Source: a virus
Direction: 5' to 3' (one strand)
Virus record (IMG/VR): IMGVR_UViG_3300046744_000223
Location: 64,001-128,000 of that record
Length of the DNA stretch: 64,000 nucleotides
Within the stretch, counting starts at the first letter, position 1; each line of letters starts with the position of its first letter. A model generated the notes under the pieces. The model ran no database searches and was not told where the DNA came from. It worked only from the letters and a program-made list of their open reading frames with translations. A program made the translations under genes and the position numbers. This document shows, piece by piece, positions 7,116-16,968 of this stretch.

Positions 7116-7490
7116 TTAATATTCGTATTCTCCATGGGCCAATGCTTGAAATCCACCGGTCTTTGTCCACTCTTCATTTGGTACACCTACTTGTAGTGAT
7201 TCATCACACCCCTTAGTACGAGAATCGAAGAACTCATTCTCAACATAAGCCTCTTCCATACATAATTCATAGACCGCATCCTCACCATAGGCTTCAATGT
7301 TGGTTTTGTTATCATAGAATTCGTACTCATTCCACACTTCGTTTTGTAGATAGTTTACCAATTCTTGCTCTGAATCACCTTCATATGGTGGTTCACATTT
7401 TCTTAACGCTTCTACGTTAACTTCAATAGGTTCACTTGCAGATGAGATTGTCCAAGTCTCTACTTTACGGACATAAATCTTTTCAGACAT
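7116..7490 (-). CDS. acidic hypothetical protein
   Basis: ORF track, tight packing. Confidence 0.7.
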   Translation of the reverse strand: MSEKIYVRKVETWTISSASEPIEVNVEALRKCEPPYEGDSEQELVNYLQNEVWNEYEFYDNKTNIEAYGEDAVYELCMEEAYVENEFFDSRTKGCDESLQVGVPNEEWTKTGGFQALAHGEYEY

Positions 7491-7493
7491 AAC

Positions 7494-7811
7494 TTAATAT
7501 TTAGATATTTGATTTTCTATTTCATGCACCAACCCACTATTACTAATATGTGGTATCACTTTTTCCAAAAGTTCTTTCATAAAATCTTTAGATTTCTTTT
7601 TTGAAATTTGTTGATTAGTATGTTCTACTTGATACAAGTGATATGCCATCTCATCAATTGACTTTAACTTGTTGTAGTACTTATCCAATCGTTGGTCTAA
7701 CTTACGACTACGACTCAAATCAGTTACAGTTGGTATTGCTTTATGTAGTTCATCAATACGACCTTTGAGGTATTGAATCTCTAATAGTTTGTGTAGTTCT
7801 TGTTCATTCAT
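7494..7811 (-). CDS. hypothetical protein
   Basis: ORF track, tight packing. Confidence 0.7.
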   Translation of the reverse strand: MNEQELHKLLEIQYLKGRIDELHKAIPTVTDLSRSRKLDQRLDKYYNKLKSIDEMAYHLYQVEHTNQQISKKKSKDFMKELLEKVIPHISNSGLVHEIENQISKY

Positions 7812-7814
7812 AAT

Positions 7815-8570
7815 TTAATAATCTATACCTTCAATTGGTTCGGTTAATGAGTTGCCGGCTGATTCAAATCGAGTTTGACCAACTAAACTCACCTTGTGTG
7901 CGATAGCGTTCATATTACGTTTAAACATAGTACGCATATCTTGTCTTGGGTGATAGGTGTATGTAGATGGTAAGAATTCATCTGATACTATTATATTATT
8001 TTTTAATGTATCTAAATTATATTCTATAATCTTACGTAGTCCTTCACGTGTAATTACATATGAATGTGTGTTATATGAATAACCAGGACTTACCCAATTG
8101 GCCAACCCCACATTACTATCACTAACCCCATCCATATTAGGTACTAACGTTCTTGATAAGAAAGCTAAATCCCAATCATAGTCTTGGAGTTCATCAAATG
8201 ATTCCCATGGAAACTCCGTAATGGGTTCGAAGTCATCTTCTAATATCAGTATAGTTTCATGTCCGTTCTTATATGCATCTTCCCATACTCTTATATGAGA
8301 ACACATACCACCAGCTTCACCAACAGTAACATTTCTATTGTAAAATAAATTACCATTTGATTCAGAATTAGCAACCCAATCTTTATAGAAACTCACACCA
8401 TGACTATCTCTAAGTTCATCGGTAGATAATTCTTCACGACCATTTACACCATCAATTATATGGTACGTTGTGTGATTAGGTAAGGATAACGCGTTCAATC
8501 TTTTTAAGATACTATTATAATTATCAGCGGATTGGTCAATTGTAATTATATAGACTTTATCTATCGTCAT
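7815..8570 (-). CDS. glycosyltransferase family 25
   Basis: DGVNG, GE.G...SH..VW, ILILEDD, THSYVI. Confidence 0.88.
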   Translation of the reverse strand: MTIDKVYIITIDQSADNYNSILKRLNALSLPNHTTYHIIDGVNGREELSTDELRDSHGVSFYKDWVANSESNGNLFYNRNVTVGEAGGMCSHIRVWEDAYKNGHETILILEDDFEPITEFPWESFDELQDYDWDLAFLSRTLVPNMDGVSDSNVGLANWVSPGYSYNTHSYVITREGLRKIIEYNLDTLKNNIIVSDEFLPSTYTYHPRQDMRTMFKRNMNAIAHKVSLVGQTRFESAGNSLTEPIEGIDY

Positions 8571-8734
8571 ACTATCCACACTTTTTAACTGAGTACAATT
8601 TATCAAAAACCTCTAATTCCAATAACTTACCTTTGGCAAATAAACTTCGTGCTTCTTCTAATGAGGATGCGTCACACGTATAAATTGATTCTTTAGTCGA
8701 ATCGTTAATTGAATAAAATGAATACTTACTCATA

Positions 8735-9064
8735 TTAGTTTTTCTTTTTAAGTTCAGTTATTAAATCAATGACAAAATCACCAGCATATGTTTTACCACC
8801 AACGTTCCAATCAGAGTTCATAGTAGTAGTGTATTCGGTATCATACGTCTTCCAATCGTAGATAGTAAATATTTCACCATCTGAGGTACGTTGGAATACC
8901 CATTCTTTTTGAATCTTACCATCACCACTTTCGTTTGAGAATGTTGGGTCACCAAAGGTGGCAACGAGTTGTTTGTAGTTCCAACCAATTAATCGGTCCT
9001 TTAGAGAAGTGTTACCAACTAATTTAAGTGCTGATTTTTCATTTGTGATTTTATTATATTTCAT
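8735..9064 (-). CDS. conserved phage hypothetical protein
   Basis: FGDP...DGK...EW...FTIYDWK...WNVGG motif. Confidence 0.75.
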   Translation of the reverse strand: MKYNKITNEKSALKLVGNTSLKDRLIGWNYKQLVATFGDPTFSNESGDGKIQKEWVFQRTSDGEIFTIYDWKTYDTEYTTTMNSDWNVGGKTYAGDFVIDLITELKKKN

Positions 9065-9086
9065 ATTTCTCCAATGTTTATCCCTA

Positions 9087-9141
9087 CCAATATACGAATA
9101 ATATTTTAAACTGCAAAATTAGATTGTTACTAAATTGTTAA
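9087..9141 (-). promoter_or_regulatory. early promoter cassette
   Basis: TTAACA/GTAACA repeat, TTTG, N19, TATATTGG; contains the stop of the FkbM gene. Confidence 0.7.
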
Positions 9142-9677
9142 AGTTTTATAGCGTACCAATTACGTTCATCAATCTCCACGTGATACCCATTGACTTTTAA
9201 TAACTCCATTATATCAGCTTCCCATCCATTTAAAACAAGATGTTCGGATTCAAACTTTATGTATTTAGGTTTACATCGGTGCCATGGGAACATACGTAGT
9301 ACTTCACCATCATAACCCTCAGTATCTATTTTTAGATAATCAATTTCATCAATATTGGTTAATTTAAACAATGTATCAAAGCACATGGTTCTAACCTCAA
9401 TCGGTATAGTAAGATTTACATTAGAGTTTTCGAGTAAGGTACTCATACCTTTGAAGTCTGAATCTTTTTCTATAACCTCATCGCTAGCCATATACATAGT
9501 AGCCAACCCATCAGTTGGGTATATTGCTGCATTTACATAGTGTATGTTTTCTTCGAACTTTATATTGTTAAAGTATTTTGGTATAGGTTCCATGACCACA
9601 CCATGCCAACCATGGAACGACATATATGATAGTGTATCAAAATCACATGAACCTATTTCTAAAAAAGTCTTAGTCAT
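9138..9677 (-). CDS. FkbM-family methyltransferase
   Basis: EIGS, MEP, IDYLKIDTEGYD. Confidence 0.88.
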   Translation of the reverse strand: MTKTFLEIGSCDFDTLSYMSFHGWHGVVMEPIPKYFNNIKFEENIHYVNAAIYPTDGLATMYMASDEVIEKDSDFKGMSTLLENSNVNLTIPIEVRTMCFDTLFKLTNIDEIDYLKIDTEGYDGEVLRMFPWHRCKPKYIKFESEHLVLNGWEADIMELLKVNGYHVEIDERNWYAIKL

Positions 9678-9915
9678 CTTTTTTCGTAAATGATTTTATA
9701 AAATTATACCAGAATATGGTAGAGTAAACTGGCCAACCACAAAGTATAACCACTCGTTCAAGATTGCTCAAACCAACTGTACCTCGTATCTCAGATACTT
9801 TATTGGTAAAGAAATCAATTATAGCTAAATTGATAACACCAACTATGACATACCATTTTAATAAACTAAGAAACATATGTACTATTGTATATAGACTCCC
9901 AATTCTCTTTTTCAA
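9670..9915 (-). CDS. small membrane protein
   Basis: two hydrophobic segments, WP motif. Confidence 0.6.
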   Translation of the reverse strand: MKKRIGSLYTIVHMFLSLLKWYVIVGVINLAIIDFFTNKVSEIRGTVGLSNLERVVILCGWPVYSTIFWYNFIKSFTKKDD

Positions 9916-10180
9916 TTATATCAACCTGCTCCCATTCGGAATCCCAATCAATTCCAAATATGTTAGATTGTTGTTGGTGTTCAGTGAACTCATTTAAGTA
10001 ATTCGTATTATTGTACCATTCACGTAACACTTCCTCAAGACTACCATAATCATCTACTACCTCATCTACATTATTATATCCATAGTCCATATAATACGAC
10101 ATAAGTTGTGACTCGGTTGGTCTTATAAGTTCAGCTTTACGAACTTTAACAACAGCATAGTATTTCTTTTCGCTAGTCAT
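9866..10180 (-). CDS. hypothetical protein
   Basis: ORF track. Confidence 0.65.
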   Translation of the reverse strand: MTSEKKYYAVVKVRKAELIRPTESQLMSYYMDYGYNNVDEVVDDYGSLEEVLREWYNNTNYLNEFTEHQQQSNIFGIDWDSEWEQVDIIEKENWESIYNSTYVS

Positions 10181-10653
10181 GAGTTATTTCTTTATTCAGT
10201 ATCTCTTCTTGCCAAGGTTGTAGTTTAGGTAATTCAGCTGAGTTCGTTGGTGTATCAACCCATCCGTTTTCTTCCAACAACACTTCGGCTATAATTTCTT
10301 GATTTTCATCATCTACTATAAACAAGTCAATGTTATCTCTATCCAATAGAGACTTTCTATAACCAAATTCTTCCATTTGCTTTTCTTTAGTTATTACAAC
10401 TATCTTTATAATCTAAATACATTTGATATCCTCCTATCAAACCAATTGTAATCATCGGGATAAATATTGCGTATTCTAACATCTTATTTACAAAATTCTA
10501 AGTATCCTTGATGGTATGCATCAACTCTACTTAATTTATGATTCGCTTCCATTTCCTTTTTAGCCCATTCCATTACCTCATCCCTCATACCATGGGCGTG
10601 GGCCTCGATTAAGATTTCTTCAATTTCTTGTTCGTGTGTCATATCTATTTTAC

Positions 10654-11532
10654 TTAATTACTTAATGGAGCTTTAATAGGTGGATGTGATTCATATCCGA
10701 TAACTTCATAATCGAACTCACCATTTAGAATATCTACATTACTCAACTTTAACTTTGGTATACTCATATCATCTCTTTGAATTAAAGTCTTAGCGGCATC
10801 TATATGATTTTTATATAAATGTACATCCCCAAGATTACCAATCAAATCACCTGGCTTGTATCCAGTCTCTTCACATAGTAGTAGGAGTAATGTGCCATAT
10901 GATGCAATGTTGAATGGTAGACCGAGGAATGTATCCACACTTCTCTGATTCCACATCAAGGATAGTTTACCTTCTGATACATAACATTGGAATCCATAAT
11001 GACAAGGTGGAAGAATCACATCATCCAACTCACCTACGTTCCAAGCAGAAACCATATGTCTACGAGAATTAGGATTTGTTTTTAGGTTGTGTATCAACTC
11101 TTTAATTTGGTCTTTACCATTCCAATCTCTCCATTGCTTTCCATAGATAGGACCTAACTCACCCCACTTCATAGCAAATTCATCATCGGTTTTGATTCGT
11201 TCAATAAACTCATCCATAGTATCAGGCCAATTACCTTTATACTCATTAGTTTTACTAATATAGTTTTTGAAAGCATCACCATTCCAAATGTTACATCCGT
11301 TGTCCACCAAGTACTTGATGTTGGTATCTCCTTTTAAGAACCACTTCAATTCAGTCATCATTGTTTTGACTGCCATCTTCTTTGTGGTTAGGAGTGGGAA
11401 TCCATTACACATACAATATCTAATTTGTTCACCAAATATAGATATGGTACCAGTGCCAGTTCTATCATCACGTTCAATACCATCATACATGATATCAACT
11501 AAAAGGTTTTTATAAGTAGTGTCTATACTCAT
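10654..11532 (-). CDS. thyA: thymidylate synthase
   Basis: DRTGTGT, FPLLTTKK, YGKQWR, LPPCH, QRSVD, PFNIASY, DVHLY. Confidence 0.97.
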   Translation of the reverse strand: MSIDTTYKNLLVDIMYDGIERDDRTGTGTISIFGEQIRYCMCNGFPLLTTKKMAVKTMMTELKWFLKGDTNIKYLVDNGCNIWNGDAFKNYISKTNEYKGNWPDTMDEFIERIKTDDEFAMKWGELGPIYGKQWRDWNGKDQIKELIHNLKTNPNSRRHMVSAWNVGELDDVILPPCHYGFQCYVSEGKLSLMWNQRSVDTFLGLPFNIASYGTLLLLLCEETGYKPGDLIGNLGDVHLYKNHIDAAKTLIQRDDMSIPKLKLSNVDILNGEFDYEVIGYESHPPIKAPLSN

Positions 11533-11756
11533 CTCTCTTTGGTGTTAAAGAATTCAGATAAGTCATCATATAAAGATATAATTTTATTATCATTTAGTTC
11601 ACTAACTTTCTTCATTAATGAAGCTCTTAACATCTCTGTTTCTTCCTCTTTCTTAAGCATTGATTCAATCTTCTGCTCAATCATTTGTGGTGTGTCTAAA
11701 TCCATTGGTAGGGTTGCTCTAACCCATTCCAATAGTTCTTGCATTGGTGTTTTCAT
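11529..11756 (-). CDS. hypothetical protein
   Basis: MKTPMQEL-type phage ORF. Confidence 0.65.
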   Translation of the reverse strand: MKTPMQELLEWVRATLPMDLDTPQMIEQKIESMLKKEEETEMLRASLMKKVSELNDNKIISLYDDLSEFFNTKER

Positions 11757-11762
11757 CTCTTG

Positions 11763-11984
11763 TTATTCGAAATTTAATCCGTTTTCAAACATAATCTCTC
11801 TGAGTTGGTCTCTTACCTCTTGTAATAGTTTAAGGTCCTCAAAGCTTCTATCATCACTATATTTGAGTTCATTACGAAGGTATTGGTCCATCTCCCAAAG
11901 AGCCGATTGTGCTTTAGTACCATTGACTGCTAAGTCAAAGTCGTGTTGGTCTTCTGGTAAGTTAAACTCTAATGTTGCTTTCAT
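11763..11984 (-). CDS. conserved phage hypothetical protein
   Basis: MKATLEFNLPED motif. Confidence 0.75.
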   Translation of the reverse strand: MKATLEFNLPEDQHDFDLAVNGTKAQSALWEMDQYLRNELKYSDDRSFEDLKLLQEVRDQLREIMFENGLNFE

Positions 11985-12391
11985 TTCTCTACAACTATTT
12001 CGTACCCATCTTCATTGGGGATGAATCCATTTACTTTACCTTCCATGCCAAATAAAGACATATCTACTCCATTACCAATGTATGGACCACCACTTGGGTC
12101 TACCATTGTAATGGTATTCCAATCAGAGTATACCAACTCACCATATGATTGACCGATACGACTTGGAGAAACATAGTCACCATTCTCATCTCTAATTATG
12201 TCGTGTACTTCATTAATGAATTCCTTCATAGATAGTGTACCACCATCCCTCTTGTATTCATTGTATGCATCATTATACACATTAGCGACTCCAAAACGAC
12301 AATGTTTGAAGTTACCACTCCATTGGATGTTACCTTTCTCATTGTATTCAAATGTGAATACATCATTGTATCGGTTGATAAACTCTTTCAT
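11981..12391 (-). CDS. hypothetical protein
   Basis: NRY.D and VDPSGGPYI motifs; start set just downstream of the promoter at 12398-12429. Confidence 0.7.
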   Translation of the reverse strand: MKEFINRYNDVFTFEYNEKGNIQWSGNFKHCRFGVANVYNDAYNEYKRDGGTLSMKEFINEVHDIIRDENGDYVSPSRIGQSYGELVYSDWNTITMVDPSGGPYIGNGVDMSLFGMEGKVNGFIPNEDGYEIVVEK

Positions 12392-12397
12392 AATATT

Positions 12398-12429
12398 ACA
12401 ATATACAAAATTATTTTGACATTTCCAAA
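12398..12429 (-). promoter_or_regulatory. early promoter (TTTG-N20-TATATTGT)
   Basis: motif geometry. Confidence 0.7.
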
Positions 12430-12596
12430 TTATTTCTTCGGAATCCGATTGGTGGTTTCTCTTCACCTACCAATTCAACCTTACGATTTCTAATAAACAT
12501 AGTAGTAGCTTGTAGAGTCTCGACATCAGTCTCAGTCTTTACCCATTCCATAAACCACTTTGTTAACAATTTCTTCTTTAACTTGTTCATAACTTT

Positions 12597-12929
12597 TTAT
12601 TTTAGATATAAAGGACCATAAGGACCATACATTGCACTTCCTTCAATTACATTACCACGAGAATGTTTTGCAGCAGCCGACCAACCGGCAGGTTTCATCA
12701 AGTCACCTTTCTTTAGTTGGACACCCTTGTGTACAAATGGGATACGAGCAATGAACCCCCATACCGAAGTTCCTACGATAACCTTGTAGAACTTAGACCC
12801 CTTATTGATTTTGATTTCGGGAGTCGAAACGTAATTATACTTTTTGTAATGCTCAGTCAATTGGTTAACTAACTGATTCTCAAACTCTTCAATCGAGTTT
12901 ACTGGTTTGGTGTTTTCAAATACTGACAT
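12597..12929 (-). CDS. conserved large-phage early protein
   Basis: KFYKV..SVWGF..GDLMKPAGW.A.AKH.RGN. Confidence 0.75.
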   Translation of the reverse strand: MSVFENTKPVNSIEEFENQLVNQLTEHYKKYNYVSTPEIKINKGSKFYKVIVGTSVWGFIARIPFVHKGVQLKKGDLMKPAGWSAAAKHSRGNVIEGSAMYGPYGPLYLK

Positions 12930-12933
12930 AACT

Positions 12934-13155
12934 TTATTTATTCAATTTAGAACTCAACTCAACATTCAACCGAGTTTCATACTTCAAATCTTCTTGAAGT
13001 TCCATCATTTGTATGATAAGGGCTTGAATACTCTTCTCTTTATTGTTTAACATTGAAATCTTTTCTTCCAATGCCAGTTCCATCTTATAAACTTTGTTCA
13101 TAAGTTTGATTGATTGCTTTAGGGTAAGTTGTTTAATATTCTTCATATCTCTCAT
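12934..13155 (-). CDS. coiled-coil hypothetical protein
   Basis: ORF after a promoter cassette. Confidence 0.65.
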   Translation of the reverse strand: MRDMKNIKQLTLKQSIKLMNKVYKMELALEEKISMLNNKEKSIQALIIQMMELQEDLKYETRLNVELSSKLNK

Positions 13156-13222
13156 TATTACATAGTAAATATAAGGAGAAATGTCGTGATTACCAAACGA
13201 TGTATGTTAAATAAATGTTAAA
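13151..13222 (-). promoter_or_regulatory. early promoter cassette
   Basis: TTAACA-N5-TTAACA, TTTG 13197-13194, N20, TATATTTA. Confidence 0.85.
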
Positions 13223-13225
13223 TGT

Positions 13226-13753
13226 TTAGTCGAGGTGAATTCCCCAAGAGTATCCGATAAATAGAAACTTACGTTTCAATCCATATTGTAAGTGTACTCC
13301 GATATCAAGATGAGCAGGGGATGCGTCTATGGCTCTATAATAATTTGACATCTTAATCATAGAATCATCATCAGCGTATCCGTATTGTAAAATACCTCTA
13401 TAACGTTTGAATTGATGAGCGTATCCAACTGAATAGTAAAATTCTTTATATCGTGGTGTTCCTTTATATCCAATCGGTTCTTCCATATTGTTTACCAACC
13501 AAGCTAGTGTACCAGCTCGTTGTTGGACAGTTTGATTAAAACCAATATCAATCTTGGTAGGTAGGTCTAACATACCTAACTCAAAGTATAACCCACTACG
13601 TAGTGCCACACCCACTTGTGTGTATGGGTATGTGAAGTTATGGTCGGTGTAAACCCCGTGTTCGATTGATTTGATTTGGTTGACATAACTTTGAGATTTC
13701 ATAGAGAAGGGAATACACAACACAAGTAGAGTTATGTATAGTAATCGTTTCAC
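13226..13753 (-). CDS. exported, possibly outer-membrane beta-barrel protein
   Basis: signal peptide, alternating Y/G beta-strand pattern. Confidence 0.6.
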   Translation of the reverse strand: MKRLLYITLLVLCIPFSMKSQSYVNQIKSIEHGVYTDHNFTYPYTQVGVALRSGLYFELGMLDLPTKIDIGFNQTVQQRAGTLAWLVNNMEEPIGYKGTPRYKEFYYSVGYAHQFKRYRGILQYGYADDDSMIKMSNYYRAIDASPAHLDIGVHLQYGLKRKFLFIGYSWGIHLD

Positions 13754-13933
13754 TTATATAAATATAATGTGATTCGAAGATACCCTCAGTTTCTAACCAA
13801 AACTTTGTTCACTTATTTCGTTTACGTTTTATATACTTCCTTAGATTGGATATTAGATGAATAGCACTATAACCAAATAACGTAAGTTCCATTATCATAG
13901 TTAACCCACGAAGGGTGTTATCTAAAATGTATA

Positions 13934-14155
13934 TCAGAACGCCTCGTCCCACGATGCCGGTATTAGTGGTTTGATAACTCGGCCGGGATGGTCGTGGTGT
14001 TCGTCTTCAATAACTTTGGTTGTTTTCTTTTTACGAGGAGTCCGCTCACGTAACATCTCAGGACGATTCTCTTGAACCCACCTTATATACCATGGGGCAA
14101 TTCGTCTAACTTCGTCTACCGAGTAACCTTGGTATTTTCCACTCCTAAAAATCAT
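13934..14155 (-). CDS. DUF3820-like small protein
   Basis: F..GKY.G....EV....P.YI.W motif. Confidence 0.6.
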   Translation of the reverse strand: MIFRSGKYQGYSVDEVRRIAPWYIRWVQENRPEMLRERTPRKKKTTKVIEDEHHDHPGRVIKPLIPASWDEAF

Positions 14156-14272
14156 AACAACGTGTGTTTAAAATAAATTTTCATTTATTGCCCCTATCGC
14201 TTATTTGCCCTATACCCATCTAACAATAGATTCCAATACTCAACTAATAACTTTTTAATTCTTTTCATAACT

Positions 14273-14524
14273 TTAAAATGGTAAATTATCTATGGTGATT
14301 GCATGCCACTCATCATACAACGCTTTAAGGTATGAACGTGTTCGTGAATGTAATGGAGAAGGTTCATACAATGTAGCAGTACCATAGGGTAGGATTAACT
14401 CATACCACTCCATAGTACCATTTCGTATATACTCCAACGAAACCTTACCATCCTTGGTATGGATTATCATTGGGTCTTTACCCTTAACCATTCTCTCCAA
14501 TGCTTGCCATTCTTGTGAGGTCAT
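14273..14524 (-). CDS. hypothetical protein, paralog of 14556-14807
   Basis: shared MT.....AL..M and YL..LY.EW. Confidence 0.65.
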   Translation of the reverse strand: MTSQEWQALERMVKGKDPMIIHTKDGKVSLEYIRNGTMEWYELILPYGTATLYEPSPLHSRTRSYLKALYDEWHAITIDNLPF

Positions 14525-14555
14525 AAAAAAAGTGATGTAAAATTAAATTAGTAAA

Positions 14556-14807
14556 CTATTCTCTATTCTCTATATAGGTATTCCATTCATTATATAGAAC
14601 ACGAAGATAATTTAAGTCATATCCAGTAACACGTTTACCCCTCCGTAAGGTTACATAGTGTGTAGGGTACTCTAACTCGTAAGAGTCATTCGATAACCTA
14701 TTGACTCGAACCCTTCCAATGTCCAAGTCACAAGCCCACCAAGTAGTTCTTCTGAACATAGAACTCGATGTCATCTTCTTTAAAGCGTTCAATTGTTTAT
14801 CAGTCAT
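14556..14807 (-). CDS. hypothetical protein, paralog of 14273-14524
   Basis: shared MT.....AL..M and YL..LY.EW. Confidence 0.65.
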   Translation of the reverse strand: MTDKQLNALKKMTSSSMFRRTTWWACDLDIGRVRVNRLSNDSYELEYPTHYVTLRRGKRVTGYDLNYLRVLYNEWNTYIENRE

Positions 14808-14991
14808 AGATACCCATATATAACTCTCTATCATACGTAGACACACGATAGGTTTGTAGTAAAACGCCTGAGACCTTAGTAACCTTCCATCCTAATCGTT
14901 CCATTCTAACTCTGAACAACCACGAAAAAAACACAGGCACCTTATAATACTTCCAATACTTCATAATCCAAAATTATTTAACAACCTCTAA

Positions 14992-15273
14992 TTACCAATT
15001 TGTTTTACCTGTTTCACTATATGATTTCTTCATTAAGATTCCACTCGTTGCGTACAACATAGATAGTAATTCTTTTCTATCCATACCCTCTAACCTTTCG
15101 ATTACCTCAGTCCCAAATACAACCTTCTTTAGTTCTTCACAATATCTCATAGTTCTCAACTTCGCTCTTGGGGTTTTGGCCATTGCCACTCTGATAGATG
15201 AGTGAAGTAAAACTAACTCTTCCTTTGGAAGTTCAGCGGCCGAACTCTTAAAACTTTCTTTATTATAAATCAT
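14992..15273 (-). CDS. hypothetical early protein
   Basis: first ORF after the promoter at 15321-15352. Confidence 0.7.
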   Translation of the reverse strand: MIYNKESFKSSAAELPKEELVLLHSSIRVAMAKTPRAKLRTMRYCEELKKVVFGTEVIERLEGMDRKELLSMLYATSGILMKKSYSETGKTNW

Positions 15274-15320
15274 ATCTTACTTTTTAATTGATGAGGTTAA
15301 CTCTAACCCCTTTTACTATG

Positions 15321-15352
15321 TAAAGATACGAAACTCGTTCCACTCTACCAAA
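15321..15352 (-). promoter_or_regulatory. early promoter (TTTG-N20-TATCTTTA)
   Basis: motif geometry; TTATTAACA box at 15378-15386. Confidence 0.8.
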
Positions 15353-15639
15353 CAATACCTCTGAAAGTATCACCAAGTTATTAACAAGTATTACCCATAT
15401 ATTAACATTAGGTATTTTATTATCACCTCACTTTGGTGAATCCAAGCGTGGAGGGGACTTTATTTCCAGCCAAAAAAACCAGGCTCGATAGGAAAACCGA
15501 CCCCAGCCCCATAAAACAGCTCCATCTTTTTAGGGTTACGTTAAAATGCCCCCACCCCCCACACGAGTATCTTTCATCACCTATAATGGTTTACGGGGGT
15601 GGAACGGCTTAGATTAACTTAATTAGAGGTCTCTTCTCT

Positions 15640-15843
15640 TTATATCTGAAAGGTGGGAGCACCATTCACGCCTGGGGTGAAGGGTTGTTGATTCTCTACT
15701 ACGTACTGACGAGAAACGAAGTGGTTCATCTTCTTCATACAATACTCTACCTCTACCCAATTGTTTTGACTAATGGCATATTGTAGTTTACCATTCCAAT
15801 ACTGAATCTTTGGGATATACCCATTAGGATACTCTCTTCTCAT
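15640..15843 (-). CDS. hypothetical early protein
   Basis: ORF track. Confidence 0.65.
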   Translation of the reverse strand: MRREYPNGYIPKIQYWNGKLQYAISQNNWVEVEYCMKKMNHFVSRQYVVENQQPFTPGVNGAPTFQI

Positions 15844-16029
15844 ATACTATGTATTTAGCTATTAATTATTTACTTCACTTTTATTTCACGAACACAGGCA
15901 AGTGCCCCACGGGGTTTCTTCTGATATAGTGGAGTAACACTCACATAGGTCACACCAATAAACTTGCTCTTGTATATCCATATCTCTCACTTTGAATTGG
16001 GAGAGGAATACCCCCTCACTCCTACCCTA

Positions 16030-16096
16030 CTAATATAACACAATAAGTTGGGATTGCCAAACTATATATGTTAATTAATTGTTAAAGTTATTAACA
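16030..16096 (-). promoter_or_regulatory. early promoter cassette plus DnaA-box-like TTATTAACA
   Basis: TTTG 16061-16058, N20, TATATTAG, tandem TTAACA. Confidence 0.85.
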
Positions 16097-16279
16097 TTAC
16101 ATCTTCAATATTAGCTCTTTACCATCATCAGAGAACTCACTATCCTCAGCTTCCTTACGAAACCTCCAATAGAGATACCCTATACACGTGTCTATCTCCT
16201 CATCAGTAATAGATGACTCCTTAGTAAATGAAACACTCTTTAATCTTGAATTGTATTTAACCTTTATATCTTTTAACAT
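16097..16279 (-). CDS. hypothetical early protein, possibly leaderless
   Basis: ATG 4 nt downstream of the -7 box at 16284-16291. Confidence 0.6.
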   Translation of the reverse strand: MLKDIKVKYNSRLKSVSFTKESSITDEEIDTCIGYLYWRFRKEAEDSEFSDDGKELILKM

Positions 16280-16283
16280 ACTA

Positions 16284-16315
16284 CTAAGATACAACAATAT
16301 TCTTTAATATCCAAG
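16284..16315 (-). promoter_or_regulatory. early promoter (CTTG-N20-TATCTTAG)
   Basis: motif geometry. Confidence 0.75.
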
Positions 16316-16423
16316 CCATTCACCTTATATGGAACGATTCTAAATCATTCCTTAACCCCTGTAAACACTAGGGTTGAGAGGAATTAACATTTGTTAACTA
16401 TTTTTTTTATATATACCCCCCCA

Positions 16424-16455
16424 CTAAGATACGAAAAATAACCCATATTGCCAAA
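16424..16455 (-). promoter_or_regulatory. early promoter (TTTG-N20-TATCTTAG)
   Basis: motif geometry; most upstream of the tandem promoters. Confidence 0.75.
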
Positions 16456-16466
16456 TATTTAGCCAT

Positions 16467-16659
16467 AAAGTTATCCACATCCCATTGTTAATAACTTTAA
16501 TAGTTACAATTGTAACACTTTGTTTCATTTGTAAGTCGCGGCTAACCATTGTAAGTCTATTAACAAATGTTAATATATGGTCAATATTCAGGCTTGGTGG
16601 CTCGGACTACCCACATTTTACCCTAAAAAAGTTATCCACAAAGGGCTGTTAATAACTTT
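16467..16659. repeat. two copies of AAAGTTATCCACA-N6-TGTTAATAACTTT (inverted DnaA-box pairs)
   Basis: 16467-16498 and 16628-16659, identical except for the 6-nt spacer. Confidence 0.85.
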
Positions 16660-16862
16660 CCTGTCAGAAATTTTGCTTGCTCGCGCGAAAGACACATAAT
16701 ACCAGTCTAATTTGTGGTAGTTAAGTAATAGTACCCTTTTCTGAAAGTGTGTTTGTGTTAATTGTGGTAAAAATGAATGATTGAGGGCTGGAAGGGGTAT
16801 ATGTTACTATCCTTACATTTTGTTATAAATCTAACACATTGTTTAAAAACTACACATTTTGT

Positions 16863-16914
16863 TAAGTGACTGATAGAAAATGTGGTAAAGTGGGGGAAAG
16901 TGGGGGTAAATGTG
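16863..16914. promoter_or_regulatory. IHF-consensus site and MraZ-box-like GTGG repeats
   Basis: reverse complement TATCAGTCACTTA matches WATCARnnnnTTR; AAAGTGG at 16887 and 16897 (10-bp period). Confidence 0.45.
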
Positions 16915-16968
16915 TAGTTATTTTACCCTTGTACGGACCACAATAGTAATCATTACCCTTATGAGCAT

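Noticed and set aside
10654-11532. Intron or intein in thyA
   Set aside because: The ORF is continuous; the ~25-aa insertion after IWN is a common variable loop.
15495-15565. G-quadruplex on the minus strand
   Set aside because: The G-runs fall in two groups about 40 nt apart; a canonical four-tract motif is not convincing.
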